Part shown: positions 11,416 through 20,566 of the stretch, in pieces
Layout: every line of letters starts with the position of its first letter
How positions within the stretch are numbered: the first letter of the stretch is position 1
Source: Escherichia coli
Lineage (GTDB): Bacteria > Pseudomonadota > Gammaproteobacteria > Enterobacterales > Enterobacteriaceae
Length of the DNA: 64,000 nt
Direction: 5' to 3' (one strand)
Assembly (NCBI RefSeq): GCF_045037415.1
Contig: NZ_CP173438.1
Translations under genes and position numbers: made by a program
Notes under the pieces: model-generated
Told to the model about the DNA's origin: nothing
Database searches by the model: none
What the model saw: only the letters and a program-made list of their open reading frames with translations

Positions 11416-11792
11416 ATGAATCTTCCTTGAGTAAAGTATGGGAATATGTCACATGGGGGGAGGAGAAAACAGCTGGCAGGTGAGAATTCAGAATCTATAA
11501 AGGGGTATAGCGAAAAAACATTGCATTAGAAAAGTATGCTTTCGGACATTCAATAAATAAATAGAGATATGCATCACAAATACAATAACAAACAAAATAT
11601 TTATTTTGTGATAAACATAACAAATACAAAATTGACTTTAAAAATATCAATTTCATGTTGTTGTTATTTAAAGTTTTATTATTTTTACTCATGAGGTTTT
11701 TCTTCTCGCGTGCCCAATTGCTTTCATTAAACTGCACGAGTATTTTATTTTTACCGCCGGACGGTACCCTAAAAATAAAATAAGGATAATTT
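11416..11792. promoter_or_regulatory. AT-rich divergent promoter region between the SPFH gene and cmtB
   Basis: About 330 bp of very AT-rich sequence with short direct repeats (acaaatacaaaattgac); no credible ORF. Confidence 0.3.
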
Positions 11793-12236
11793 ATGCGGCT
11801 TATTGATTATTTTCCAGAATCATCAATCTCAGTTATACATTCAGCAAAAGACTGGCAGGAAGCTATCGATTTCTCGATGGCATCATTGCTGGATAAAAAC
11901 TATATCAGCGAGAATTACATTCAATCTATTAAAGACTCCACCATCAGCAATGGTCCTTATTATATTCTCGCACCAGGCGTGGCAATGCCTCATGCGCGAC
12001 CGGAATGTGGGGCGCTTAAAACCGGGATGTCTTTGACGTTACTTAAACAAGGCGTTTATTTCCCGGGGAAGGACGAACCGATTAAATTACTCATCGGGCT
12101 TTCTGCTGCCGATGCCAATTCGCACATTGGCGCTATTCAGGCGTTAAGTGAATTACTGTGCGAAGAAGAAATACTCGAACAACTCTTAACAGCATCATCA
12201 GAAAAACAATTAGCGGACATTATCAGCCGCGGATAA
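11793..12236 (+). CDS. cmtB: PTS mannitol-type EIIA component (cryptic)
   Basis: 147 aa, MRLIDYFPESSISVIHSAKDWQEAIDFSMASLLDKNYI; PTS EIIA-2 fold motifs. Confidence 0.9.
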   Translation: MRLIDYFPESSISVIHSAKDWQEAIDFSMASLLDKNYISENYIQSIKDSTISNGPYYILAPGVAMPHARPECGALKTGMSLTLLKQGVYFPGKDEPIKLLIGLSAADANSHIGAIQALSELLCEEEILEQLLTASSEKQLADIISRG

Positions 12237-12263
12237 TTACTCTCTCCTCTACAGGATAATATT

Positions 12264-13652
12264 ATGGAAAACAAGTCTGCTCGTGCAAAGGTCCAGGCTT
12301 TTGGGGGCTTTTTGACTGCAATGGTCATCCCCAATATCGGTGCTTTTATTGCCTGGGGATTTATAACGGCATTATTTATTCCCACCGGCTGGCTGCCGAA
12401 TGAACATTTCGCCAAAATTGTTGGTCCGATGATTACCTATTTATTGCCCGTGATGATTGGTTCTACCGGTGGTCATCTGGTCGGCGGTAAACGCGGCGCG
12501 GTCATGGGCGGAATTGGTACGATTGGTGTGATCGTCGGCGCTGAAATCCCGATGTTCCTTGGCTCGATGATTATGGGGCCGCTCGGTGGTCTGGTGATTA
12601 AATATATCGACAAGTCGCTGGAAAAACGCATACCTGCTGGTTTTGAGATGGTTATCAATAACTTCTCATTAGGTATCGCGGGGATGCTCTTTTGTCTGCT
12701 GGGTTTTGAAGTTATCGGTCCGGCGGTGTTAATTGCTAATACTTTCGTCAAAGAGTGTATTGAGGCGCTGGTACATGCGGGTTATCTGCCTTTGCTGTCA
12801 GTCATCAATGAACCGGCGAAAGTGCTTTTCCTTAATAATGCGATTGATCAGGGCGTCTATTATCCGCTGGGAATGCAACAGGCTTCGGTTAACGGTAAAT
12901 CCATCTTCTTCATGGTGGCCTCCAACCCAGGTCCTGGTCTGGGGCTGCTGCTGGCGTTTACCTTGTTTGGTAAAGGGATGAGTAAACGTTCTGCGCCCGG
13001 GGCGATGATTATTCACTTCCTCGGTGGGATCCACGAACTGTATTTCCCGTATGTGCTGATGAAGCCGCTGACCATTATTGCCATGATTGCGGGCGGTATG
13101 TCTGGCACCTGGATGTTTAACTTACTGGACGGTGGTCTGGTGGCTGGCCCAAGTCCGGGGTCTATCTTTGCTTACCTGGCACTGACGCCGAAAGGCTCGT
13201 TCCTGGCGACAATTGCCGGTGTTACGGTAGGTACCCTGGTGTCCTTTGCTATCACTTCGCTGATACTGAAGATGGAAAAAACGGTGGAAACGAAGAGCGA
13301 AGATGAGTTTACCGAGTCAGCCAATGCGGTTAAGGCGATGAAACAAGAAGGTGCATTCTCGTTAAGCCGTGTTAAGCGTATTGCCTTTGTTTGCGATGCA
13401 GGGATGGGCTCCAGTGCGATGGGCGCAACCACCTTCCGTAAACGCCTGGAAAAAGCGGGGCTGGCAATAGAAGTAAAACATTACGCCATAGAAAACGTGC
13501 CTGCGGATGCGGATATCGTCGTTACTCACGCCAGTCTGGAAGGGCGCGTGAAACGTGTGACGGATAAACCACTGATATTGATTAATAACTATATTGGCGA
13601 TCCAAAACTCGACACTTTATTTAATCAATTAACCGCTGAACATAAACACTGA
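12264..13652 (+). CDS. cmtA: PTS mannitol-type EIICB component (cryptic)
   Basis: 462 aa polytopic membrane protein with a C-terminal EIIB domain (FVCDAGMGSSAMG). Confidence 0.9.
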   Translation: MENKSARAKVQAFGGFLTAMVIPNIGAFIAWGFITALFIPTGWLPNEHFAKIVGPMITYLLPVMIGSTGGHLVGGKRGAVMGGIGTIGVIVGAEIPMFLGSMIMGPLGGLVIKYIDKSLEKRIPAGFEMVINNFSLGIAGMLFCLLGFEVIGPAVLIANTFVKECIEALVHAGYLPLLSVINEPAKVLFLNNAIDQGVYYPLGMQQASVNGKSIFFMVASNPGPGLGLLLAFTLFGKGMSKRSAPGAMIIHFLGGIHELYFPYVLMKPLTIIAMIAGGMSGTWMFNLLDGGLVAGPSPGSIFAYLALTPKGSFLATIAGVTVGTLVSFAITSLILKMEKTVETKSEDEFTESANAVKAMKQEGAFSLSRVKRIAFVCDAGMGSSAMGATTFRKRLEKAGLAIEVKHYAIENVPADADIVVTHASLEGRVKRVTDKPLILINNYIGDPKLDTLFNQLTAEHKH

Positions 13653-13666
13653 TTACAGAGGTAAAA

Positions 13667-14944
13667 ATGAAAACCAAAGTTGCTGCTATTTATGGCAAGC
13701 GGGATGTCCGTCTGCGCGAATTTGAACTGCCAGAAATTACTGATAATGAACTGTTAGTGAGTGTAATTTCTGACAGCGTTTGTTTATCCACCTGGAAAGC
13801 GGCGTTGCTTGGTAGTGAACATAAACGCGTCCCCGACGATTTAGAAAATCATCCGGTTATTACCGGGCATGAATGTGCTGGGGTTGTTGTCGAAGTGGGT
13901 AAAAATCTCACTGGCAAATATAAAAAAGGGCAGCGTTTTGTATTGCAACCGGCGATGGGGCTACCAAGCGGATATTCAGCCGGATACAGCTACGAATATT
14001 TTGGTGGCAATGCCACCTATATGATTATTCCCGAAATCGCGATTAATTTAGGCTGTGTATTACCGTATCACGGCTCTTATTTTGCTGCGGCGTCGCTGGC
14101 AGAGCCTATGTGCTGCATTATTGGTGCTTATCATGCCAATTATCACACCACGCAATATGTTTATGAGCATCGTATGGGCGTCAAACCTGGCGGCAATATT
14201 GCCCTGCTGGCGTGTGCTGGCCCGATGGGCATTGGCGCTATCGATTACGCCATTAACGGCGGCATACAACCGGCGCGGGTGGTGGTAGTCGATATCGACG
14301 ACAAACGGCTGGCGCAGGTGCAGAAGTTGCTGCCGGTGGAGCTGGCGGCCAGTAAAGGCATTGAGCTGGTGTATATGAATACCAAAGGGATGAGCGATCC
14401 GGTCCAGACGCTGCGGGCGCTGACGGATGATGCCGGATTTGATGACGTATTTGTCTATGCAGCGGTGCCTTCAGTCGTCGAGATGGCTGATGAATTACTG
14501 GCTGAAGATGGCTGCCTGAACTTCTTTGCCGGTCCGACGGATAAAAACTTCAAAGTGCCGTTTAATTTCTACAACGTCCATTACAACAGTACGCACATTG
14601 TCGGCACGTCTGGCGGTTCCACGGACGACATGAAAGAGGCGATTGCCCTTAGCGCCACGGGGCAGTTACAGCCGTCGTTTATGGTGACCCATATTGGTGG
14701 CCTGGATGCGGTGCCAGAAACCGTGCTCAATCTGCCGGATATCCCTGGCGGTAAAAAACTCATTTATAACGGCGTGACCATGCCGCTGACCGCCATTGCC
14801 GATTTTGCCGAAAAAGGCAAAACCGATCCGCTGTTTAAAGAGCTGGCGCGGCTGGTTGAGAAAACGCACGGTATCTGGAATGAACAGGCCGAGAAATATC
14901 TGCTGGCACAATTTGGCGTTGATATTGGGGAGGCCGCGCAATGA
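13667..14944 (+). CDS. yggP: Zn-dependent alcohol/polyol dehydrogenase-like protein
   Basis: 425 aa; MDR-family motifs (GHECAG; GAGPMGIGAI). Confidence 0.88.
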   Translation: MKTKVAAIYGKRDVRLREFELPEITDNELLVSVISDSVCLSTWKAALLGSEHKRVPDDLENHPVITGHECAGVVVEVGKNLTGKYKKGQRFVLQPAMGLPSGYSAGYSYEYFGGNATYMIIPEIAINLGCVLPYHGSYFAAASLAEPMCCIIGAYHANYHTTQYVYEHRMGVKPGGNIALLACAGPMGIGAIDYAINGGIQPARVVVVDIDDKRLAQVQKLLPVELAASKGIELVYMNTKGMSDPVQTLRALTDDAGFDDVFVYAAVPSVVEMADELLAEDGCLNFFAGPTDKNFKVPFNFYNVHYNSTHIVGTSGGSTDDMKEAIALSATGQLQPSFMVTHIGGLDAVPETVLNLPDIPGGKKLIYNGVTMPLTAIADFAEKGKTDPLFKELARLVEKTHGIWNEQAEKYLLAQFGVDIGEAAQ

Positions 14945-15906
14945 TGTCCCTGGCGTGGCCATTATTTCGCGTTACGGAACAGGCAGCGTTGGCTGCCTGG
15001 CCGCAAACCGGCTGTGGCGACAAAAATAAAATTGATGGCCTTGCGGTCACCGCGATGCGCCAGGCATTAAACGACGTTGCTTTTCGTGGGCGAGTGGTTA
15101 TCGGCGAGGGGGAAATTGACCATGCGCCGATGCTGTGGATTGGCGAAGAGGTGGGCAAAGGCGATGGGCCAGAAGTCGATATCGCGGTCGATCCCATTGA
15201 AGGCACGCGGATGGTGGCGATGGGGCAGAGCAATGCGCTGGCGGTCATGGCTTTCGCCCCTCGAGATAGCCTGTTACATGCGCCCGATATGTATATGAAA
15301 AAGCTGGTTGTTAATCGACTGGCTGCCGGGGCGATAGATCTGTCTTTGCCTCTGGCGGACAACTTGCGTAACGTGGCGCGGGCGTTAGGTAAACCGCTGG
15401 ACAAGCTGCGCATGGTTACGCTGGATAAACCGCGCCTGAGTGCCGCAATTGAGGAAGCAACACAGCTCGGCGTGAAGGTTTTTGCCCTGCCGGATGGCGA
15501 TGTCGCCGCCAGCGTGCTGACTTGCTGGCAGGATAATCCTTACGATGTGATGTACACCATCGGTGGCGCACCGGAAGGTGTTATTTCTGCCTGTGCCGTT
15601 AAAGCATTAGGCGGGGATATGCAGGCCGAGCTGATTGACTTTTGTCAGGCTAAAGGGGATTACACGGAAAATCGGCAGATTGCAGAGCAGGAGCGCAAGC
15701 GTTGCAAGGCAATGGGCGTTGACGTTAACCGTGTATACTCGCTCGATGAACTGGTGAGGGGGAACGATATCCTCTTTAGCGCTACGGGCGTGACGGGCGG
15801 CGAGTTGGTGAACGGTATCCAACAGACGGCGAATGGGGTGCGGACGCAGACATTACTGATCGGCGGCGCGGACCAAACGTGTAATATAATAGACTCCCTG
15901 CATTGA
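14941..15906 (+). CDS. yggF: Class II (GlpX-type) fructose-1,6-bisphosphatase
   Basis: 321 aa; overlaps the yggP stop; GlpX-like DPIEGT motif. Confidence 0.9.
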   Translation: MMSLAWPLFRVTEQAALAAWPQTGCGDKNKIDGLAVTAMRQALNDVAFRGRVVIGEGEIDHAPMLWIGEEVGKGDGPEVDIAVDPIEGTRMVAMGQSNALAVMAFAPRDSLLHAPDMYMKKLVVNRLAAGAIDLSLPLADNLRNVARALGKPLDKLRMVTLDKPRLSAAIEEATQLGVKVFALPDGDVAASVLTCWQDNPYDVMYTIGGAPEGVISACAVKALGGDMQAELIDFCQAKGDYTENRQIAEQERKRCKAMGVDVNRVYSLDELVRGNDILFSATGVTGGELVNGIQQTANGVRTQTLLIGGADQTCNIIDSLH

Positions 15907-15927
15907 TGGTGATCTATCGGAAGACCA

Positions 15928-16437
15928 ATGGCGACGCTGACAGAAGATGATGTGCTTGAGCAACTGAATGCACAGGACAATTTATTTTCATTTATGAAAA
16001 CTGCGCATTCTATTTTGCTCCAGGGGATACGCCAGTTTCTGCCGTCGCTGTTTGTCGATAACGATGAAGAGATCGTCGAATATGCAGTGAAGCCGTTACT
16101 CGCCCAAAGCGGCCCGCTTGACGATATTGATGTTGCGCTGCGTTTGATTTATGCGCTGGGGAAAATGGATAAATGGCTGTACGCCGATATCACGCATTTT
16201 TCCCAGTTTTGGCATTACCTGAACGAACAGGATGAAACGCCCAGATTTGCTGATGACATAACCTGGGATTTTATCAGCAACGTCAATAGCATAACCCGCA
16301 ATGCGACGCTCTATGACGCGTTGAAAGCGATGAAGTTCGCCGATTTCGCCGTCTGGTCAGAGGCGCGTTTTAGCGGGATGGTCAAAACGGCGCTGACGCT
16401 GGCAGTAACGACCACCTTAAAGGAATTAACGCCGTGA
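15928..16437 (+). CDS. yggD: MtlR-like putative transcriptional regulator
   Basis: 169 aa, MATLTEDDVLEQLNAQDNLFSFMKTAHSILLQG. Confidence 0.85.
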   Translation: MATLTEDDVLEQLNAQDNLFSFMKTAHSILLQGIRQFLPSLFVDNDEEIVEYAVKPLLAQSGPLDDIDVALRLIYALGKMDKWLYADITHFSQFWHYLNEQDETPRFADDITWDFISNVNSITRNATLYDALKAMKFADFAVWSEARFSGMVKTALTLAVTTTLKELTP

Positions 16438-17147
16438 AAATCGAACTGACGGTGAATGGACTAAAGGTACAGGCGCAGTACTCTGATGATGAAATTGAAA
16501 ATGTACATAAACCATTGCTGCGTATGCTGGCGGCCTTACAGACAGTAAATCCGCAGCGGCGTACGGTGGTTTTTCTTTGCGCTCCGCCGGGGACGGGTAA
16601 ATCTACCCTAACCACCTTCTGGGAATATCTCGCGCAACAAGACCCGGAACTGCCCGCTATTCAGACGCTGCCGATGGATGGTTTTCACCAGTACAATAGC
16701 TGGCTGGATGTGCATCAATTGCGACCCTTCAAAGGCGCACCAGAGACATTCAACGTTGCGAAACTGGCGGAAAATCTGTGCCGGGTTGTGGAAGGGGATT
16801 GTACGTGGCCGCAGTACGATCGACAAAAGCATGATCCTGTTGAAGATGTGTTGCACGTTACCGCACCACTCGTCATCGTCGAAGGAAACTGGTTGTTGTT
16901 GGACGACGAGAAGTGGTGCCAGCTTGCGCAATTTTGTGATTTCTCGATCTTTATCAAAGCTCCCGCATCTGCGTTGCGGGAGCGTCTGGTGGGGCGCAAG
17001 CTGGCGGGAGGGTTATCGCTGGCAGACGCAGAAGCCTTTTATGACCGTACCGACGGGCCGAATGTTCGCCGGGTGCTGGAAGAGAGTCTGCCTGCAAATT
17101 TGACCTTAATGATGACCGCTACGGGTGAATATCGTCTGATGGATTAA
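16434..17147 (+). CDS. yggC: P-loop kinase-like protein
   Basis: 237 aa; Walker A GTGKST; overlaps the yggD stop. Confidence 0.88.
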   Translation: MKIELTVNGLKVQAQYSDDEIENVHKPLLRMLAALQTVNPQRRTVVFLCAPPGTGKSTLTTFWEYLAQQDPELPAIQTLPMDGFHQYNSWLDVHQLRPFKGAPETFNVAKLAENLCRVVEGDCTWPQYDRQKHDPVEDVLHVTAPLVIVEGNWLLLDDEKWCQLAQFCDFSIFIKAPASALRERLVGRKLAGGLSLADAEAFYDRTDGPNVRRVLEESLPANLTLMMTATGEYRLMD

Positions 17148-17829
17148 CGTTCCTGATTACACCATCTTCCAGTCGCACCACACGAGAGAAATGACGCCGG
17201 GTAAATGCGGCGTCATGACTGATTGCTACGACGCTCGTGCCTCGCTGGCGGCACTTTTCCAGCCAGCTTTCAAACACGCTCAACCAATTTTCGTCAAAAT
17301 CCCGACTCGGCTCGTCCAGTAGCAATAGTGGCGGAGAGAGTGCTTCCAGGCAGGCGACGGCGACCATCCGTCGCTGCGCACTATGCAGATCTAACGGATG
17401 CGCGCTGGCAGTGTCTGCTAACTGACAGCATTGCAGGGCAGCATTGGTACGTTGAGTGATTTCATCCGCCGGGCATTTTTGCAGTATCAAACCAAATGCG
17501 ATTTCGTCAGCAACGGTGCTGTGAAAAAGCTGATTTTCCGCTTCCTGAAACAGTACGCCAATCTTTGCCGCGCGCTGGCGGTTTTTCAGGTTTTTCATCG
17601 CTTGTTGTTGCAGCATAACCGTACCGGCTGTGGGCGTAAGAAGACCTGCCATTACTCGTAACAGCGTCGATTTTCCCGCGCCATTGTCGCCGGTCAGCGC
17701 CAGCCATTCACCTTGTTTGAGTTGCAGAGAAATGTCGCAAAGACAATCCGTAGCCGCGCCAGGCCAGCGATAAGATATCTGATTTAACGTTAACATAGTG
17801 GCTGGAGCGCTCCGTTTTGCAATTGCCAC
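17119..17829 (-). CDS. ABC-type ATPase, second subunit (A'), with a degenerate signature motif
   Basis: Walker A GDNGAGKST; Walker B LLLLDEP; signature position reads LHSAQRRM instead of LSGGQ; H-loop ISHD. Confidence 0.8.
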   Translation of the reverse strand: MAIAKRSAPATMLTLNQISYRWPGAATDCLCDISLQLKQGEWLALTGDNGAGKSTLLRVMAGLLTPTAGTVMLQQQAMKNLKNRQRAAKIGVLFQEAENQLFHSTVADEIAFGLILQKCPADEITQRTNAALQCCQLADTASAHPLDLHSAQRRMVAVACLEALSPPLLLLDEPSRDFDENWLSVFESWLEKCRQRGTSVVAISHDAAFTRRHFSRVVRLEDGVIRNVNPSDDIHP

Positions 17830-18473
17830 GCTTGCTGGCAGTGGTTCAGGAAAGGTGTGTGATGACGTTCAAAAAGAATAATCAGCGAACCACGTTCAAG
17901 CGCCCAGTGTTGTAAGCGCTGCAACAGCATTTCGCGGGCCTGCGGCGTCAGGCGGCTAAAGGCTTCATCAAGAATTAAGAGCTTTGGCTGCATCGCGATG
18001 GCGCAGGCGATGACCACACGCTGTGTCTCTCCACCGGAGAGTGTTGCCGGGTGACGATGGCGCAACGGCTGGCACTCGGTCAGGGCCAGGGCGGCGTCAA
18101 TCCGCGCCATAATCTCTTTTTCAGCAAGACACAGATTTTCTGGCCCAAAGGCAACTTCTTCTTCCACGCTAAAGGTACAGCCGGAGAGCTGCAAATAGGG
18201 CGATTGCTGGACGAGCTGGATGGTGGCGGATTGTTCATTAAGCGGGAGACGCCCAATGGGCGTACCGAGAAGCGTCCCCGTGCCGGTTATCTCTCCTGGT
18301 AGAAAGTCCGGATACCAGCCCGCCATCAGCTGTGCCAGCGTACTTTTGCCACTGCCGTTGTCACCAAAGATGGCGACCATCCCCGGTTTGACATAGTGAA
18401 AGTCATAACAGAACGGAGGATGCGTTGAGTGTGTCGGGCAATAGCGAAACTGTTCTAACGTAACCATATCCAC
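17790..18473 (-). CDS. ABC-type ATPase (A), canonical motifs
   Basis: Walker A GDNGSGKST; signature LSGGETQR; Walker B LLILDEA; overlaps the downstream A' gene by 40 bp. Confidence 0.82.
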   Translation of the reverse strand: MDMVTLEQFRYCPTHSTHPPFCYDFHYVKPGMVAIFGDNGSGKSTLAQLMAGWYPDFLPGEITGTGTLLGTPIGRLPLNEQSATIQLVQQSPYLQLSGCTFSVEEEVAFGPENLCLAEKEIMARIDAALALTECQPLRHRHPATLSGGETQRVVIACAIAMQPKLLILDEAFSRLTPQAREMLLQRLQHWALERGSLIILFERHHTPFLNHCQQAWQLQNGALQPLC

Positions 18474-19162
18474 GCTCCGAATTCAGCCAGCATTAGCAAT
18501 ATCATGGCGTAACGTGCTACGCATTGTAGGGTGCTATCGGCTGGTGCCCATAACGTAGTGCGCCTATTGTTGATTCGAAATGCCCGCATATCCAGCGCCG
18601 CACCACGGACAGCAAGATCGTTTAGCGCATTGTGTGTTAGCGGAATAATTAACGCGGGCATCGCACGTAAACGCTGATACCAGCCCTCATCCAGCGGCAC
18701 GCCGCGGGCGCACTGCGCTTCATGAATAATCGCCAATTGCCGTTTTAACTGCTCAACGACCAATAACGGCCCGGCAAACAGATAAGCGACGCCCGGCGGC
18801 AGGCGAGAAGCAAACAAAGCGCGGATAAAACGTTGCACGGGGACGTACTGCATCCACAACTGTGAGGTTGAAACAATCGCCAGAATCCGCAACCAGAGCG
18901 TAATAGCATGCGCCCACCGTTCTGGAGAGTGTGGCGTGCCGCTTAGCCATTCTGTCAGCCAGCCACCGTGCACCAGCCACAGTCCAGCCCCCAGCGAGAA
19001 CATCAGCCAGACGACATATTTTGCCCGCCGCCGCGTGGCCTTTAGCGCAATAAGGCAGAAAAAGGTCGCCGCGCTATAGACTGGCAATATTGTCTGTGTA
19101 GGCAGGATAAGCGTGGTGCAGGCCGCCAGCGCCCACAGCGTTAAGGATGTAAAAGGATGCAT
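18455..19162 (-). CDS. ECF-transporter transmembrane T component (CbiQ/EcfT-like)
   Basis: 235-aa polytopic protein with the characteristic C-terminal A-x-x-ARG motif (AQCARGV); overlaps the ATPase gene by 19 bp. Confidence 0.65.
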   Translation of the reverse strand: MHPFTSLTLWALAACTTLILPTQTILPVYSAATFFCLIALKATRRRAKYVVWLMFSLGAGLWLVHGGWLTEWLSGTPHSPERWAHAITLWLRILAIVSTSQLWMQYVPVQRFIRALFASRLPPGVAYLFAGPLLVVEQLKRQLAIIHEAQCARGVPLDEGWYQRLRAMPALIIPLTHNALNDLAVRGAALDMRAFRINNRRTTLWAPADSTLQCVARYAMILLMLAEFGAWIWLR

Positions 19163-19741
19163 TTAGCGCACGGCAGCCATTGCCGGAAAATGGCGCGTGG
19201 TGCGAATCGGCAGCTGACGCAGTAAAAGCCAGACTATCACCGCTGTAAGAATTTTATCGACCAGGTTCGCGCCTATCACCGTAATCGCCACCGACTCCAC
19301 CAGGTTTTGCCCCATCGAGTGCATCCAGGCAACGAACAAATCGGCTCCGCTTCCTGTCACGCCGCCGAACAGCGCAGTACGCAGCGGTACAGCGACGACC
19401 GTTACCGCAAGCGTAATAATCACGCCGCTAACAACGACTTTTGGCAGGGTGCGAAACCAACCCGCTCGCGCCAGCCAACCGGCGACCAGGCCGATGACCA
19501 TCGCGACGGGCGCAAATGCGGCGGCGATCGGGTCGGTCAGCAATCCCCAGAGTAAATTGGTCAGTAAACCGGTCAGCATCCCGATTATCGGACCAAGCAG
19601 TACCGCGCTAATAAGTGTGCCGATGGAGTCGAGAAAAATAGGTAATTTAACCATGCTGGCCAGTTGCCCGCCGATCATATTGATGGCGATAGAGATAACG
19701 ATCAACACCAGTGCCTGACTGGAAAAGTGGCGACGCGCCAT
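19163..19741 (-). CDS. Small integral membrane protein, candidate ECF substrate-specific (S) component
   Basis: About 192 aa with roughly 5-6 TM helices; motifs FLDSIGT and VLLGPIIG typical of S components. Start taken at MARRHF (ATG 19741) with GAGAGG RBS; the track ORF starts further upstream at 19840. Confidence 0.6.
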   Translation of the reverse strand: MARRHFSSQALVLIVISIAINMIGGQLASMVKLPIFLDSIGTLISAVLLGPIIGMLTGLLTNLLWGLLTDPIAAAFAPVAMVIGLVAGWLARAGWFRTLPKVVVSGVIITLAVTVVAVPLRTALFGGVTGSGADLFVAWMHSMGQNLVESVAITVIGANLVDKILTAVIVWLLLRQLPIRTTRHFPAMAAVR

Positions 19742-19763
19742 AAGAAAACCTCTCTGAAAATAG

Positions 19764-20195
19764 TTATTTAACGGGGGAAATATGCAACTCGTCGTAACCA
19801 GAAAGCGCGCAAAGCTGGCGGCTAAACGCCAGTTCCTCAAGGCAGCCGATCACCAGTTCAAGCGTGGTCCGCACGGTACAGCCGGGCATCATATGACCGC
19901 CAAGCATCGTGCCGTGTGGATCGGAAACGCAGAGATGAAGATGTTCACCACTCTGTTCCAGCGTGCCGTTCAATGCGATGACTTCGAACTTACCGCTTAG
20001 CAGGGCAGTGTTTTCTTGCCCGGCATAGCGTAAGGCGACGTCAGTCAGACTGCCGGTACAACCTGCAATCCACGCGGCGTGAAGTTGTTGTTGCTGCGCG
20101 AAGGCGCGTAATTGGGAGAGAACTTCCTGCCCGGGGAGCAGGCGCAGCGCGTAAAAGCGTGCGGAGGAAGAATATGGGTAGGGCAATGTCATCAT
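19764..20195 (-). CDS. PPC/DUF296-domain protein, first gene of the cluster
   Basis: 143 aa, MMTLPYPYSSSARFYALRLLPGQEV...GKFEVIALNGTL...HLHLCVSD; 22 bp upstream of the S-component gene. Confidence 0.6.
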   Translation of the reverse strand: MMTLPYPYSSSARFYALRLLPGQEVLSQLRAFAQQQQLHAAWIAGCTGSLTDVALRYAGQENTALLSGKFEVIALNGTLEQSGEHLHLCVSDPHGTMLGGHMMPGCTVRTTLELVIGCLEELAFSRQLCALSGYDELHISPVK

Positions 20196-20429
20196 TGGAG
20201 TACTCCGAAACTCGGACGTATTGCGGATAATATCGACGCTGCATCAGTCATATTCTGATATAAGTCAGGGTTTGTGACCGCACAACGAAAAGATATTGCT
20301 ACGCTTATTCGTGATTCTGCAAAGTGGAATAAATTCCACAGGGGCGGGGATGAAAACGTGACATAAGTCAGATAATTGTCTTCTTTGACTGGACAAACAT
20401 TCCTTTTATTCCACGTTTCGCTTATCCTA

Positions 20430-20444
20430 GCTGAAGCGTTTCAG
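20430..20444. promoter_or_regulatory. Candidate Cra (FruR) operator upstream of epd
   Basis: gctgaagcgtttcag matches the Cra consensus GCTGAAnCGnTTCAG, about 120 bp upstream of the epd start. Confidence 0.5.
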
Positions 20445-20566
20445 TCGATTAAATGTTCGACAATTAACCAATCAGTCGCAGTTTGCGACAGGTAAGGTTT
20501 CCCCGAACGATTTGCTGGATTACTCTGTCTGGCAAATTTGCTCAGGGAAAACCTTGCAGGAGATCT

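Noticed and set aside
11495-11737. 80-aa minus-strand ORF upstream of the SPFH gene as a possible NfeD-like partner
   Set aside because: It lies in an extremely AT-rich promoter region, its translation is Asn/Lys/Leu-rich low complexity without NfeD features, and it has no RBS.
20196-20566. Vitamin riboswitch (TPP, FMN or cobalamin) in the leader of the ECF-type cluster
   Set aside because: Reading the minus strand I found no CUGAGA or conserved TPP-box elements, nor other recognisable riboswitch cores. This is only a by-eye check, so an Rfam scan is still worthwhile.
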